NCBI GenBank assembly: GCA_016927185.1
Contig: JAFGND010000055.1
Coordinates: 7,799 to 71,798, forward strand
DNA from: Candidatus Coatesbacteria bacterium
GTDB lineage: Bacteria; JAFGND01
Direction of reading: 5' to 3'
Length of the DNA: 64,000 nt
Below are positions 9,428 through 19,381 of the stretch, in pieces. How positions within the stretch are numbered: position 1 is the first letter of the stretch; the number at the start of each line of letters is the position of its first letter. Position numbers and translations under genes: made by a program. The notes beneath the pieces are model-generated. The model made no database searches. It was not told the DNA's origin and worked only from the letters and a program-made list of their open reading frames with translations.

Positions 9428-10201
9428 ATGAAAAAGAAAGAGCTGAAAACCGATATCATATATAATGAGGATTGCATTGAGGGATTGAAGAGAATCCCTG
9501 ATAAATCCATAGACCTTGTTATAACCGATCCTCCATTTGCGATAAATTTCAAGGCAAGAAAAATGAACTATAACAGACTCTACAAGAATGTTTTAGAGGG
9601 ATATAGTGAAATAAAGGCTGAAGACTATCTTTCGTTTACAAAAAGCTGGATGAATGAGATATACAGAATTCTCAAAGAAACTGGAAGTGCATTTATTTTT
9701 TCCGGCTGGAATAACCTGAAGGATATACTGATAACCATTGATGAATTGGGATTTACGACAGTCAACCATATTATCTGGAAATACCAGTTCGGAGTTGTCA
9801 CCAGGAGAAAATTCGTTACATCCCATTATCACTGTCTTTTTATATGCAAAGATGACAGGAAAAGAAAATTCTTTCCGGAATCCCGTTTCAGTAAAAAAGA
9901 CAGAAATGAGAATGGCAGAAGCATGAACTATGAAGACAGGGAAGATGTATGGTTTATCAGAAGAGAATACTGGACAAACAAGGAAAAGACACCAACAAAG
10001 CTCCCTTCAGAAATAATAGAGAAAATTCTTCTTTATTCAAGCGAAAAAAATGATATTGTTCTTGACCCATTTTTGGGCTCAGGACAGGTTGCTTATGTAA
10101 GCAAGAAATTGTCGAGAAGATATATCGGTTTTGAACTAGTAAAGACATATTTTGAATTTGCCCAGAAAAGATTGAAAGAAGAGAGTTTCAATAATGAATA
10201 G
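9428..10201 (+). CDS. beta-class DNA methyltransferase (N6-adenine or N4-cytosine), orphan
   Basis: Motif IV (VITDPPF) is N-terminal and motif I (LDPFLGSGQV) C-terminal, the permuted beta-class order of the N6_N4_Mtase family. No restriction endonuclease candidate is adjacent. Confidence 0.8.
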   Translation: MKKKELKTDIIYNEDCIEGLKRIPDKSIDLVITDPPFAINFKARKMNYNRLYKNVLEGYSEIKAEDYLSFTKSWMNEIYRILKETGSAFIFSGWNNLKDILITIDELGFTTVNHIIWKYQFGVVTRRKFVTSHYHCLFICKDDRKRKFFPESRFSKKDRNENGRSMNYEDREDVWFIRREYWTNKEKTPTKLPSEIIEKILLYSSEKNDIVLDPFLGSGQVAYVSKKLSRRYIGFELVKTYFEFAQKRLKEESFNNE

Positions 10202-11207
10202 ATATGTAAATGCAATTGTTTTTGCTTTTATTATGCTCTTGAATGGTTTGCTTTTTTCATACAAGATTGAGACAAGAAAAGTGGACCTGGCAGATGGTGG
10301 TTATTCAGAAGAGCAAGGTTATAATTTGCTATATAACAAGACGTGGGTAAGGCAAGGGAACTGCAGGATATTTTATGGAAATGGAGACTTGAAATCCAAA
10401 GGTGATTATAAAAGCAATAAGAAAGATGGCCACTGGATAAGCTACTTCAAGAATTTCAATTTAAAATCAGAAGGGGATTACAAGGAAGGAAAAAAGACTG
10501 GTTTATGGAAAACTTACCATCTGTCTGGTGGCCTGGCATCCGAAGGACATTATGATTCTGGCAAGAAAGTTGGTCTTCACAAGTACTGGGCAACAAATGG
10601 ACAGATAACTCTATGGCAAAATTATCACTATGATGATTTGCATGGAGAATTTGCACAATGGTACGAAACAGAGAATCCAGACAGAAATCCATTCATATAT
10701 GCAGCATATTATTGTCCTGTTGGAAAATTGCTATGGTATTACGGCATAGAATATAATGACAAACTGATGAATGATTTGAATCAAACAGCAAAAGATACTG
10801 AAGGTCCGGCTCATCCATGCCTTAACGGGAGTTTCTATTTTGGCAAAAGAGATGGTGAATGGAAAGGGTGGTACAAGAACGGCTTTCCAAGGCTATCTAT
10901 ATTCTATAACAAGGGAAAAATCACTGATCAGGCAAGAGCCTGGTATCCAAATGGAAATCCTGCAAGCATACAATTCTTTCTGGATGGCAGGAAGCATGGA
11001 TTATGGAGATATTGGTATTCAAGTGGAGTTATAATGAAAGAAATGAGTTACAAAAACGACAAACTCCATGGAAAATATCTTGAATGGTACCCAACAGGAA
11101 TTAAGAAAACAATAGGAACCTACAAGGATGGCAAGAGGGTAGGGGACTGGTTTTTCTATGAAGATAATGGAAAAATCTTCAAGGGGAAAAAGTATCCCTT
11201 TGATTAG
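10194..11207 (+). CDS. secreted MORN-repeat (YwqK-like) protein
   Basis: Signal-peptide-like N-terminus, then about ten repeats of the G-x-Y-K-x-G-K-K-x-G-x-W-x-x-Y pattern. Start ATG overlaps the MTase stop by 8 nt. Confidence 0.7.
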   Translation: MNRYVNAIVFAFIMLLNGLLFSYKIETRKVDLADGGYSEEQGYNLLYNKTWVRQGNCRIFYGNGDLKSKGDYKSNKKDGHWISYFKNFNLKSEGDYKEGKKTGLWKTYHLSGGLASEGHYDSGKKVGLHKYWATNGQITLWQNYHYDDLHGEFAQWYETENPDRNPFIYAAYYCPVGKLLWYYGIEYNDKLMNDLNQTAKDTEGPAHPCLNGSFYFGKRDGEWKGWYKNGFPRLSIFYNKGKITDQARAWYPNGNPASIQFFLDGRKHGLWRYWYSSGVIMKEMSYKNDKLHGKYLEWYPTGIKKTIGTYKDGKRVGDWFFYEDNGKIFKGKKYPFD

Positions 11208-11213
11208 GCAGTA

Positions 11214-11864
11214 TTACCCGCCAAATGCCCTGTCACCAGCATCACCCAATCCGGGAACTATGTAGCCGTTATCGTTCAAACTGGGATCCAGTGCTGCTAC
11301 AATTAGCTCAGCTTGTGGAAAATTCTGAAAAAGTCTTTCTACCCCTAAAGGAGAAGCAATTACTGCAGCAACAATAAGTCGTTTAGGATTTCCCAGTTTC
11401 AGAAGCTCATCAATCACTTTAAGCAGAGTTGAACCAGAAGCGAGCATGGGATCTGCAAGAAGCAGTATAGTATCTTGTGATATTTCTGGAACATTCATAT
11501 AATCCATTTCAATCTTGAAACGGAAATCACTGTCATTACTTCCTTCTATTCTCTTTGCTGATACTACTCCCATCTTTGCCTCTGGAAAAGCCTTTATCAA
11601 ACCTTCCACAAAAGGCATAGAAGCTCGCAGAATTTGCACTATCACTATATTATCCCTGTCAGGAATTTCTACCCCGTCAGCTTGACCTATGGGAGTTTCC
11701 ACTTTTATTTTCTTTATGCTCATTGTTTTTATTAGCTCATATCCCATTATCCTGCCTAAAGTCACCAATCCCTTTCTGAAAGGGATCTGACTTGTTTTCT
11801 TGTCCCTTAACTTTGTCAGAAGTTCCTGAATCAGAGGATGTTCAAGAATCAGAAGATTTTTCAT
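11214..11864 (-). CDS. upp: uracil phosphoribosyltransferase
   Basis: Conserved LEHPLIQ N-terminus, PRPP-binding LLLADPMLASGST and C-terminal GLGDAGDRAFG. Start placed at MKNLLILEHPL by analogy with known Upp N-termini; the track start at 11900 is an alternative. Confidence 0.8.
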   Translation of the reverse strand: MKNLLILEHPLIQELLTKLRDKKTSQIPFRKGLVTLGRIMGYELIKTMSIKKIKVETPIGQADGVEIPDRDNIVIVQILRASMPFVEGLIKAFPEAKMGVVSAKRIEGSNDSDFRFKIEMDYMNVPEISQDTILLLADPMLASGSTLLKVIDELLKLGNPKRLIVAAVIASPLGVERLFQNFPQAELIVAALDPSLNDNGYIVPGLGDAGDRAFGG

Positions 11865-13041
11865 TGCATTCCTTTCCATATAGTTTCTTATAACCTTCAA
11901 CTATAGAGTTCCAGCCAAACTTTTCTTCCAGCCATTTGAAGCCATTTTCAGCAAACTTTTCTGCCAGTTTCCTGTCTGTCCAGAGTTTCTCAATTGCATT
12001 TGCAAGCTCTTCTGGATCATCAGGTTTGACTAGCAAACCTGTCTTGTTATCAATAATTATATCCACTATTCCCCCAAGATTGCTACCTATAACTGGACGT
12101 TTGTAAGCCATTGCCTCAAGCAGTACAACACCAAGCCCTTCAGTATCCCCCTTGCTGTCAATTACTGCTGGTAAAACGAACATATAAGCTTTGTTATATC
12201 TTTCATCAAGTCCTTTATGATGCAGATTACCAAGAAAAGATACATTTTCATTTATATCAAGATCCAGAGCAAGTTTTTTCAGATGCTTTTCTTCGCTTCC
12301 CTGACCGACTACAACGAGTTTCAGATTATATTTCTCTTTCAAGATCTTTATTGCTTTCAGAAGAACAGGAAGCCCTTTTCTCTCGACTAATCTTCCCACG
12401 AATAGTATTTCATAACCTAAATCATTGTGTTTGTCTGGAATTTCAAATGGTATCCCATCAGGGATATAGCTAATTTCCCTTCCCAGAATTTCCTTAACTG
12501 CGTCTGCTGTTACAGAGCTGTTTGCACTTGCCCCATCAGCCATTTTCAGCAAATACCTGAATACGGGGATAAGAACAGGGAAACTATGTTTCAACCATCT
12601 GACTTCAGCTCCATAGTATCTGTGAAAAATCCTTACTTCTGGAGATATCTTTTTCAGAAGAAATCCCCATAATGCATGAGGAAGTGGCCAGTGGATCTGG
12701 ACAATGTCAAACTTACTTTTTTTTACAAAAATCAGTAGATTTATCCATCCAAGAAGCATATAGAAGCAAAGATGTATGAAGTACCATGGTCTGCTTTTTA
12801 TCCTGTCAGGAGTAGTCTCATCATGAGTCAAGTCTTCATATTTTCTAAAAAAATACCTGAATCTCTTAACTTTTATGCCTTCGTATTCCTCATCCTTCAA
12901 TCCCTTGTATGAAGAAACGAAGACAGAAGGAGTCAAGTCATTTTTCTTCATTTCCTCAAGAAGCTTTATCAACCATGGGGTTATTATATCATCTTTTGAA
13001 CGAGGAAATGCGGTTACTACATGGCATATAGATAATGGCAT
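11842..13041 (-). CDS. GT4-family glycosyltransferase
   Basis: C-terminal GT4 signature (FVGRLVERKGL...EGLGVVLLEAMAYKRPVIGSNLGG), about 400 aa. Confidence 0.8.
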   Translation of the reverse strand: MPLSICHVVTAFPRSKDDIITPWLIKLLEEMKKNDLTPSVFVSSYKGLKDEEYEGIKVKRFRYFFRKYEDLTHDETTPDRIKSRPWYFIHLCFYMLLGWINLLIFVKKSKFDIVQIHWPLPHALWGFLLKKISPEVRIFHRYYGAEVRWLKHSFPVLIPVFRYLLKMADGASANSSVTADAVKEILGREISYIPDGIPFEIPDKHNDLGYEILFVGRLVERKGLPVLLKAIKILKEKYNLKLVVVGQGSEEKHLKKLALDLDINENVSFLGNLHHKGLDERYNKAYMFVLPAVIDSKGDTEGLGVVLLEAMAYKRPVIGSNLGGIVDIIIDNKTGLLVKPDDPEELANAIEKLWTDRKLAEKFAENGFKWLEEKFGWNSIVEGYKKLYGKECNEKSSDS

Positions 13042-13700
13042 CAGAATGTAAAGCTAAATCCTATATTATTATTGTTGAAAAAGAATTTTACTCTTTTTTG
13101 AGGCTGTTTGTCATAAATTCCTATATCAATATCACTATCAAAACCATGCATATATGCATCTACATAGGCATCAGCCATCGCAACTAATGCCCAGGCGACT
13201 TTGTACCAGATGAAATCCTCTCTTCTCCTATAGAAAGAAAGATATCTGTTATAATAATAATCTGCATTGTTTTGATCATTTCTATTGGCTGCTTCCTGAG
13301 AGAGAGAGTAGTTGTCATGAGCTCTTATTGCATTATAAATTATGCCAGTAATAAGGAAAACTTCCATTCCCAGGAAAATGCAGGCTTTTACTTTCTTGTC
13401 ATTATAATATTGTCCCCATCCTGGCAGGATAAGACTTTGAAACAATGCTCTTGTTGGTTTCCTTAAAGGAACGAAATCTTCCTTTTTCTTTTTTTTCTCT
13501 TTTTCATCCTCTTTACTAGTCTCTTTTTTCTTTGTATCTTCTTTTTTTGCATCTGAAGCGGTTTCTTTCTTATCATCAGATACTTTTACTGCTGTTCTAG
13601 GTTTTGTTTTAAGAGAATCAGGTAAAAAATAGGGTGACATGAAATCATCAGCTAGTAATTTCAAGGGAAGAAAGATCAAGATTAAAAGAGTTATCTTCAT
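13041..13700 (-). CDS. secreted hypothetical protein with Lys/Glu-rich low-complexity linker (DUF5683-like C-terminal domain)
   Basis: Signal peptide MKITLLILIFLPLKLLA, a KKE-rich tract, then a conserved-looking LILPGWGQYYN hydrophobic domain. Confidence 0.45.
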   Translation of the reverse strand: MKITLLILIFLPLKLLADDFMSPYFLPDSLKTKPRTAVKVSDDKKETASDAKKEDTKKKETSKEDEKEKKKKKEDFVPLRKPTRALFQSLILPGWGQYYNDKKVKACIFLGMEVFLITGIIYNAIRAHDNYSLSQEAANRNDQNNADYYYNRYLSFYRRREDFIWYKVAWALVAMADAYVDAYMHGFDSDIDIGIYDKQPQKRVKFFFNNNNIGFSFTF

Positions 13701-14095
13701 TCTTTATCCATACTGAAACCATTAGGGAGAAGTTCTTTCAGATTAAATATTGCTTCGTTTTTATCAGATGCCAAAATCATGATCATGTTTTCTGCAAATT
13801 CAATCAAGACTTGTCTGCAGGCTCCGCATGGAAATGTCAGTTTCTCAGTTGGCGTGTAAATTGCAATGGCAGTAAATTCTCTTTTCCCTTCAGAAATTGC
13901 CCTGAAAACTGCATTTCTTTCTGCACATGAAGTCAATCCATATGATGAGTTTTCTACATTGCAGCCAGCAAAAACTTCACCATCAATTGTCAATATTGCA
14001 GCACCTACCTGAAAACTGGAATAAGGTGAATAGGCATTTTGAGAGACTTTTTTTGCCTCTGATATAAGTCTGTTCTTTATTTCTTCTGAAATCAT
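13697..14095 (-). CDS. cdd: cytidine deaminase
   Basis: Zinc-binding CAERNA and PCGACRQ motifs, 132 aa. Confidence 0.85.
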   Translation of the reverse strand: MISEEIKNRLISEAKKVSQNAYSPYSSFQVGAAILTIDGEVFAGCNVENSSYGLTSCAERNAVFRAISEGKREFTAIAIYTPTEKLTFPCGACRQVLIEFAENMIMILASDKNEAIFNLKELLPNGFSMDKE

Positions 14096-14183
14096 TTCTT
14101 TCCTTGACGCATCTTATTATATATAAAACATAACCATTACCTAAAGACTATTGATATCAAGCAAGCAAAAAAGAAGGAGCAGT

Positions 14184-16043
14184 ATGGAAATTAAAATAAA
14201 GGAAATTCATCAGAAGCTTCTTGCCAGGAACAAGGAAGCAAACCTTGAAGAAATAGAACAAGCCTATAGTTATTTCAAGAACGCCCTTAATTTTTTTGCC
14301 GGGAATGAAGAGCTAACTAACCTTATAAGCTTGCTGTTGGACTACAAGAAAAGCAGTTCTGTTTCTACATTACTAAATTTCGAAGAAAACAAGTACAATG
14401 ACGAGGATTACGTTTCCATAAGCATTCTTTCTGGAGACTGGCCTGGGCTGGCTGATAGTTGCACAGGCTTGATACATCATCTTGGTTTTAATATTCATTA
14501 TGTAAGAGGAATGATTATTCCTTTTGAAAATGAGAATCTGGGTTATGTAATCATAGTATTAAGATTCGCTGATAAGCAAGAATACGGGCATTTCCAGGAA
14601 TTGAAACCCAGAATTATACATATACTTCAGTATATCTCCATAGGTATGAAGTCCAAGGAGAAAATACTGTCTTCAGGTAATTATAAACTATTTCTGCTTA
14701 ATGACTTGATAAGAATAATTCAAACTGAAATAAGCAGCTGGAATGAGGATTTGAAAAGAAGAATTACGAAGGAAATAGAACTTTTCATTATGAGTAGGTC
14801 AACCGCATATCTTCAGGAGAGATCCCCGGAGACTATAGCTGAGCAGATACTCATCAATTTCAGTTTTCATGAAAAAACAAAAGCTACTCATGGAAAGATC
14901 CAGGTAAGAATAAAAGATATTGATTCCCAGCAGCAGCCTCTATCAAATATTACCATTGCTGGTTATGCGGGTCAGATTTCACTGGATTCCTGTCTTGATT
15001 CAATAAGAAAAACAATACCAGACATGATAATAAAATATAACAAGGATTTTACTTCTCCTGAAGGTATTATTATCATTCAAGTTGAAATGGTTCACCAGAA
15101 TGAATCACTTCTGTCAGAGGTTGAAAAGGAGGAATTGATAAATCAGCTACAGAACTTATCAAGGAGGAAAAGACTCTATGATGTTTTCAGCATGGATGGA
15201 AAAGGTGGAATAGAAAACGAATTGAGGATAATCATTCCTGCTCTTGTAAAGGAATATCAGAGATCAAGCACTCCACAGGTCCTGATAGATTTGAAAAGGG
15301 AAACAGATCTTCTGCTTGAATTCAGGTTAATGGTAGTTAATGATACAGAAGAAGATAATCAATCAATATCAGCGAAATTGATATCTATTATTCAGGCCTC
15401 AAGGGGAGTTCAAATCAAGACAATTGTACCTCCCAGGATAATAGGGAATGTTGAAGTGACAATTTTTGATCTGGAAGCTTTGAAAGATGCTTTCTCTTCG
15501 CATGAAGACATTTATGAACATCTGAAACAGCAACTAACTGAAACTATCGGAAAATTCAGGGATTTTGATGAAGGAATGAGAAGAAGGGATATTTCCAACC
15601 TTAAGCTGCTTGTCAAATCCCCCGAATTTGCAGGTTACAGTGAAGAACAGATAAAGCAGATATACTTTAACCTTGATGATTTTTACAGAGCTGGAGCATT
15701 TTTCGAAGAAATAACTGCCCAGACTAAATTTTGCCTTGATACATTGAAAGAAGCAAGAGCTTCAGGAAAGAACACTCTGGTAAAAGGAATTTGTACTTAT
15801 AGATTCCTTGCCAATCAGACGAAAATCCCTCTTTCTTCCATTATAGCAGTATTTCTTGCAAAAGACAGAGCTGAGCTTCTACCCAAATGGATTGAGATTT
15901 TTCCGAGTACCGAGGTAACCATGAGCAAGATACCTTTTGGATTGGAAGTAGTTTATTTGTTCAGGTTAACCAAGGAGAAGAAAGCTCTTGAAGATAATGC
16001 TTTCGAGAACTTGATTACTGAAATAGAAAAAGCTATCACTTGA
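14184..16043 (+). CDS. hypothetical protein with ACT-like regulatory fold(s)
   Basis: ISILSGDWPGLADSCTGLIHHLGFNIHYVRGMI resembles an ACT-domain beta-alpha-beta-beta-alpha-beta core; no catalytic motif recognised. Start moved to ATG 14184, 4 nt after a perfect AAGGAG SD. Confidence 0.45.
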   Translation: MEIKIKEIHQKLLARNKEANLEEIEQAYSYFKNALNFFAGNEELTNLISLLLDYKKSSSVSTLLNFEENKYNDEDYVSISILSGDWPGLADSCTGLIHHLGFNIHYVRGMIIPFENENLGYVIIVLRFADKQEYGHFQELKPRIIHILQYISIGMKSKEKILSSGNYKLFLLNDLIRIIQTEISSWNEDLKRRITKEIELFIMSRSTAYLQERSPETIAEQILINFSFHEKTKATHGKIQVRIKDIDSQQQPLSNITIAGYAGQISLDSCLDSIRKTIPDMIIKYNKDFTSPEGIIIIQVEMVHQNESLLSEVEKEELINQLQNLSRRKRLYDVFSMDGKGGIENELRIIIPALVKEYQRSSTPQVLIDLKRETDLLLEFRLMVVNDTEEDNQSISAKLISIIQASRGVQIKTIVPPRIIGNVEVTIFDLEALKDAFSSHEDIYEHLKQQLTETIGKFRDFDEGMRRRDISNLKLLVKSPEFAGYSEEQIKQIYFNLDDFYRAGAFFEEITAQTKFCLDTLKEARASGKNTLVKGICTYRFLANQTKIPLSSIIAVFLAKDRAELLPKWIEIFPSTEVTMSKIPFGLEVVYLFRLTKEKKALEDNAFENLITEIEKAIT

Positions 16044-16638
16044 TAAATATTGCGAAGTTTTTTATTTCTTTTTCAGCAATTTCTCTGCTGATAACTCTGT
16101 AAGCAGGTTTATAAGTATCCCTATAAATTTGTGAATGATGCATCAAGGGAAGTGTTTTTTGAGCTAATAATGTATTTATCTCACTGAAATCATCAAACTT
16201 TTTCAAGATTATTCCCCAATGATGATCTTCTATCATATTCTTCCATAAGGATCGAAACAAATCGAAGTCTTGATTTGAAATTGATGCGCTGAGTATGAAT
16301 GAGTTTAAAACCTCTTTTGCTTCTATTTCATGGAATTTGCAGGAGCAAAAATGACATCTCAGAAATCTTGGTGAAATTATTTGAAATGGAATTGGAGTTC
16401 TACTTATATCTGCATTTGTCCACTCATCAAGGAACTCTTTTCTTATCAATAAGATGTCCTTTGTGATAAGATGAGAAGATCCCATAATTGACTGATATAA
16501 TAGTTTATATATGTCTCTAGCTGTTGTTAGAGGGAAATACCTGAATTCGCTGATCAGAGTATCATTCAACCATGAAGGTATTATGGAACCTCTATTCAAC
16601 CTCATTAATAATACCTCCGCAAAGGATTCTTTCATCAA
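16036..16638 (-). CDS. hypothetical protein
   Basis: 200-aa ORF downstream of mnmA on the same strand. The 47-nt overlap with the mnmA 3' end suggests the real start is downstream of the track start. Confidence 0.35.
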   Translation of the reverse strand: MMKESFAEVLLMRLNRGSIIPSWLNDTLISEFRYFPLTTARDIYKLLYQSIMGSSHLITKDILLIRKEFLDEWTNADISRTPIPFQIISPRFLRCHFCSCKFHEIEAKEVLNSFILSASISNQDFDLFRSLWKNMIEDHHWGIILKKFDDFSEINTLLAQKTLPLMHHSQIYRDTYKPAYRVISREIAEKEIKNFAIFIK

Positions 16639-17674
16639 TATAACATACTACGCTTTGCCCTTTTGTTGCTGCATAAGGTTGTTCCAGGAATTCTACTGTG
16701 AACTCATTCTCACTTATTCTGGAAAGCAAAGAAGAGACTGGTTTTGAATTATACCTTATCTTGGTTAAGACGTGGTATTCCTTGAAATCATCATTATTAA
16801 ACCAATTAGCATTGATTGCTTTTATTTTTCTGCATTTCAGATCGTTGACATCAAAGGAAACTTTAATTTCATTTTTATCAGCATCCATTGATACTATATA
16901 CAAAGGTTTTCCTTTAGCTAATCCCAATCCACTTCTCTGTCCAACTGTATATCTGGATAGACCTTTATGTCTTCCCAGTATAGTTCCATCAGCAAGTCTG
17001 ATATTCCCTGATTCTTCCCTCAATCGGGATTTTGCATAGTACTTATACTTGTAGATAAAGCATAAATCCTGACTGCCTTTTTTATCAGCAACTTCGATTT
17101 CATATTCTATGGCTTTTTCTCTTACTTGCTGCTTGGTAAATGAGTTAAGTGGTAATATCGTGTAAGGCAGATATTTCCTGTCCAACATCCATAGCATATA
17201 TGACTGATCTATGGCAGTTTCATTACACGCCTTTGAAATGAAGTAATTCTGTCCAATTTTTGAGATGCCTGCATAATGACCTGTTGCCAGATAATGTATC
17301 CCGATTTCCCTCATTTTTTTCATTATAATATCCCACTTTAAAAGAGCATTGCATCTTACGCAAGGATTAGGTGTTCTACCTTTTTCATATTCGTTATTAA
17401 AATCGGACAGTACGATTTCCTTGAATAAATCAGAAGCATCTATAAAAAAATGTTTTATGCCAAGTCTGTTACTTATCTTCAAGACATCATCTCTTGAATG
17501 CTTTGAAGTATATGCATAATTGTTTTCAGCATTTTTGCAAAGAATTAATGTGGCAGAGACAATCTCATACTCCATTTCTTTCAAAATAGCTGCTGAAACT
17601 GCTGAATCAACTCCTCCACTCAAGGCTACACAAATACTGCTTCCTTTGGGAGGCAGATTACTGAAATCATTCAT
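16592..17674 (-). CDS. mnmA: tRNA-specific 2-thiouridylase MnmA
   Basis: PP-loop SGGVDS near the N-terminus, catalytic cysteines (NPCVRCN), 360 aa. Confidence 0.9.
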   Translation of the reverse strand: MNDFSNLPPKGSSICVALSGGVDSAVSAAILKEMEYEIVSATLILCKNAENNYAYTSKHSRDDVLKISNRLGIKHFFIDASDLFKEIVLSDFNNEYEKGRTPNPCVRCNALLKWDIIMKKMREIGIHYLATGHYAGISKIGQNYFISKACNETAIDQSYMLWMLDRKYLPYTILPLNSFTKQQVREKAIEYEIEVADKKGSQDLCFIYKYKYYAKSRLREESGNIRLADGTILGRHKGLSRYTVGQRSGLGLAKGKPLYIVSMDADKNEIKVSFDVNDLKCRKIKAINANWFNNDDFKEYHVLTKIRYNSKPVSSLLSRISENEFTVEFLEQPYAATKGQSVVCYIDERILCGGIINEVE

Positions 17675-19373
17675 CTTGTTTCTTGAATAAGAGGAAATTT
17701 CCCAGCACTAGATAATCTATATCTACATTGCAGAAGCAGTTTATTGCTTCGGATGGTGTTCTTATTATCGGTTCTCCCATTACATTGAAACTGGTATTCA
17801 GAATTACCGGACATCCTGTTATTTGCCTGAAATGGTTTATTAAGTCCCAGTAGCGGGGATTGGTTTCCCTGTCAACACTCTGCAATCTGGCTGTTCCATC
17901 AACATGTGTTACCGCTGGAATTTCCTTCTTTTTGTCTTCCTTTACAGGAAATACCATTGTCATGAAAGGATTATATGTATAATTCTCGAAATATTCTGAA
18001 CCGAATTCATGCAAAACTGATGGAGCAAAAGGTCTGAAACTTTCCCTTTTTTTGACCTTTTTATTTACAACATCTTTCATTTCTTCTCTTCTGGCATCTG
18101 CAAGTATGCTTCTGTTACCAAGAGCACGTGGACCTGTTTCCATTCTTCCTTGAAACCATGCTACGATTTTTCCCTTGTCAAGCAGCTTGGCAACTTTTTT
18201 TGTAATCGTCTCGTCTGCATATTCTTCGTAGAGAAGATTTGATGTTTCAATAGCCTTGAGTATATCTTCTTTGCTGAACTCGTCTCCCAGGTAAGCATGT
18301 CTTTGAATAAATCCCATTTTGGGTTGATTCAGAATTTGATGATATAAATAATAAGCTACTCCAATTGAAATTCCGCCATCATAAGATGCAGGTTGAACAT
18401 ATACATCATCATAAAGGCCTTCATGAAGAAGTCTGCCGTTCATAACACTATTCTGTGCTGTTCCGCCTGAGAGACATAAATATCTCTCACCAGTCTTATC
18501 CTTTAGCTTCCTTGCCATTGCTATAGCGATATCTTCTGTTAAAACCTGAAGGCTTTTTGCTAAATTGGCATGTTTATCAGTAACTTCCTCGTCTTTTTTC
18601 CTTATTGGTCCGAATTTCTCAATAAATTTTTCTGAAACCCAGGGATTCTTAATCCCTTTCTGGTAATTGAAATAGCTCATGTCTATTTCAAAAGATGCAT
18701 CTGGTTTCAGGTGAACTATTTTAGAAAGTTCATCATAATATTCAGGTTTTCCATAAGCAGATAGTCCCATGACTTTGTATTCATCATTATCTGGTATGAA
18801 TCCGAGATAGTGAGTAAAAGATCCCCACAGATATCCAAGAGAGTGAGGATAGAATATTTCATCTAGTTTTGTTATTTTTCTGTCCTTTGCAGATGCAAGT
18901 AATGTTGTTGCCATTTCTCCGCAACCGTCTAATGTAAGAATTGCAGCAGATGAAAATGGAGAAACATAAAAGCAGCTAGCTGCATGAGCCATATGGTGCT
19001 CAATAAATGAGAATTTGTAATGCGGTTTTCTTATCCTGAATGCCCTTTTTAAATCGTTTTCGCAATTTCTCATTCCACTCCATGCTGACTGATGAGTACC
19101 CCAGAAAGCAAGACTTTTAGGTAAGTTTTTCACAATCTGCCATAATCTTTTATTGAAATGAAGCCACGGTTTCATATGAAAGCCTATATAATCAATGTCA
19201 TCGATTGTTATTCCTGCATAATCAAGGCAGTACTGAATTGAGTTTACAGGAAAACTTGCATCATGTTTTTTTCTTGTATAACGCTCTTCCTGAACATTGG
19301 CTAGAAGGACGCCATCCTTTATCAAAGCTGCAGATGAATGTAAAACATATCCACTGATTCCCAAAATGTACAT
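17667..19373 (-). CDS. NodU/CmcH-family carbamoyltransferase (copy 2)
   Basis: MYILGISGYVLHSSAALIKDGVLLANVQEERYTRKKHD N-terminus, paralogous to the 7500-9242 protein. Its TGA stop overlaps the mnmA start (ATGAATGA). Confidence 0.8.
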   Translation of the reverse strand: MYILGISGYVLHSSAALIKDGVLLANVQEERYTRKKHDASFPVNSIQYCLDYAGITIDDIDYIGFHMKPWLHFNKRLWQIVKNLPKSLAFWGTHQSAWSGMRNCENDLKRAFRIRKPHYKFSFIEHHMAHAASCFYVSPFSSAAILTLDGCGEMATTLLASAKDRKITKLDEIFYPHSLGYLWGSFTHYLGFIPDNDEYKVMGLSAYGKPEYYDELSKIVHLKPDASFEIDMSYFNYQKGIKNPWVSEKFIEKFGPIRKKDEEVTDKHANLAKSLQVLTEDIAIAMARKLKDKTGERYLCLSGGTAQNSVMNGRLLHEGLYDDVYVQPASYDGGISIGVAYYLYHQILNQPKMGFIQRHAYLGDEFSKEDILKAIETSNLLYEEYADETITKKVAKLLDKGKIVAWFQGRMETGPRALGNRSILADARREEMKDVVNKKVKKRESFRPFAPSVLHEFGSEYFENYTYNPFMTMVFPVKEDKKKEIPAVTHVDGTARLQSVDRETNPRYWDLINHFRQITGCPVILNTSFNVMGEPIIRTPSEAINCFCNVDIDYLVLGNFLLFKKQDE

Positions 19374-19381
19374 ATCAACTC

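Noticed and set aside
9255-10201. A restriction-modification system around the DNA methyltransferase
   Set aside because: The upstream gene is a divergent carbamoyltransferase and the downstream gene is a secreted MORN-repeat protein. No ORF has nuclease-like motifs (PD-(D/E)xK, HNH) in the vicinity.
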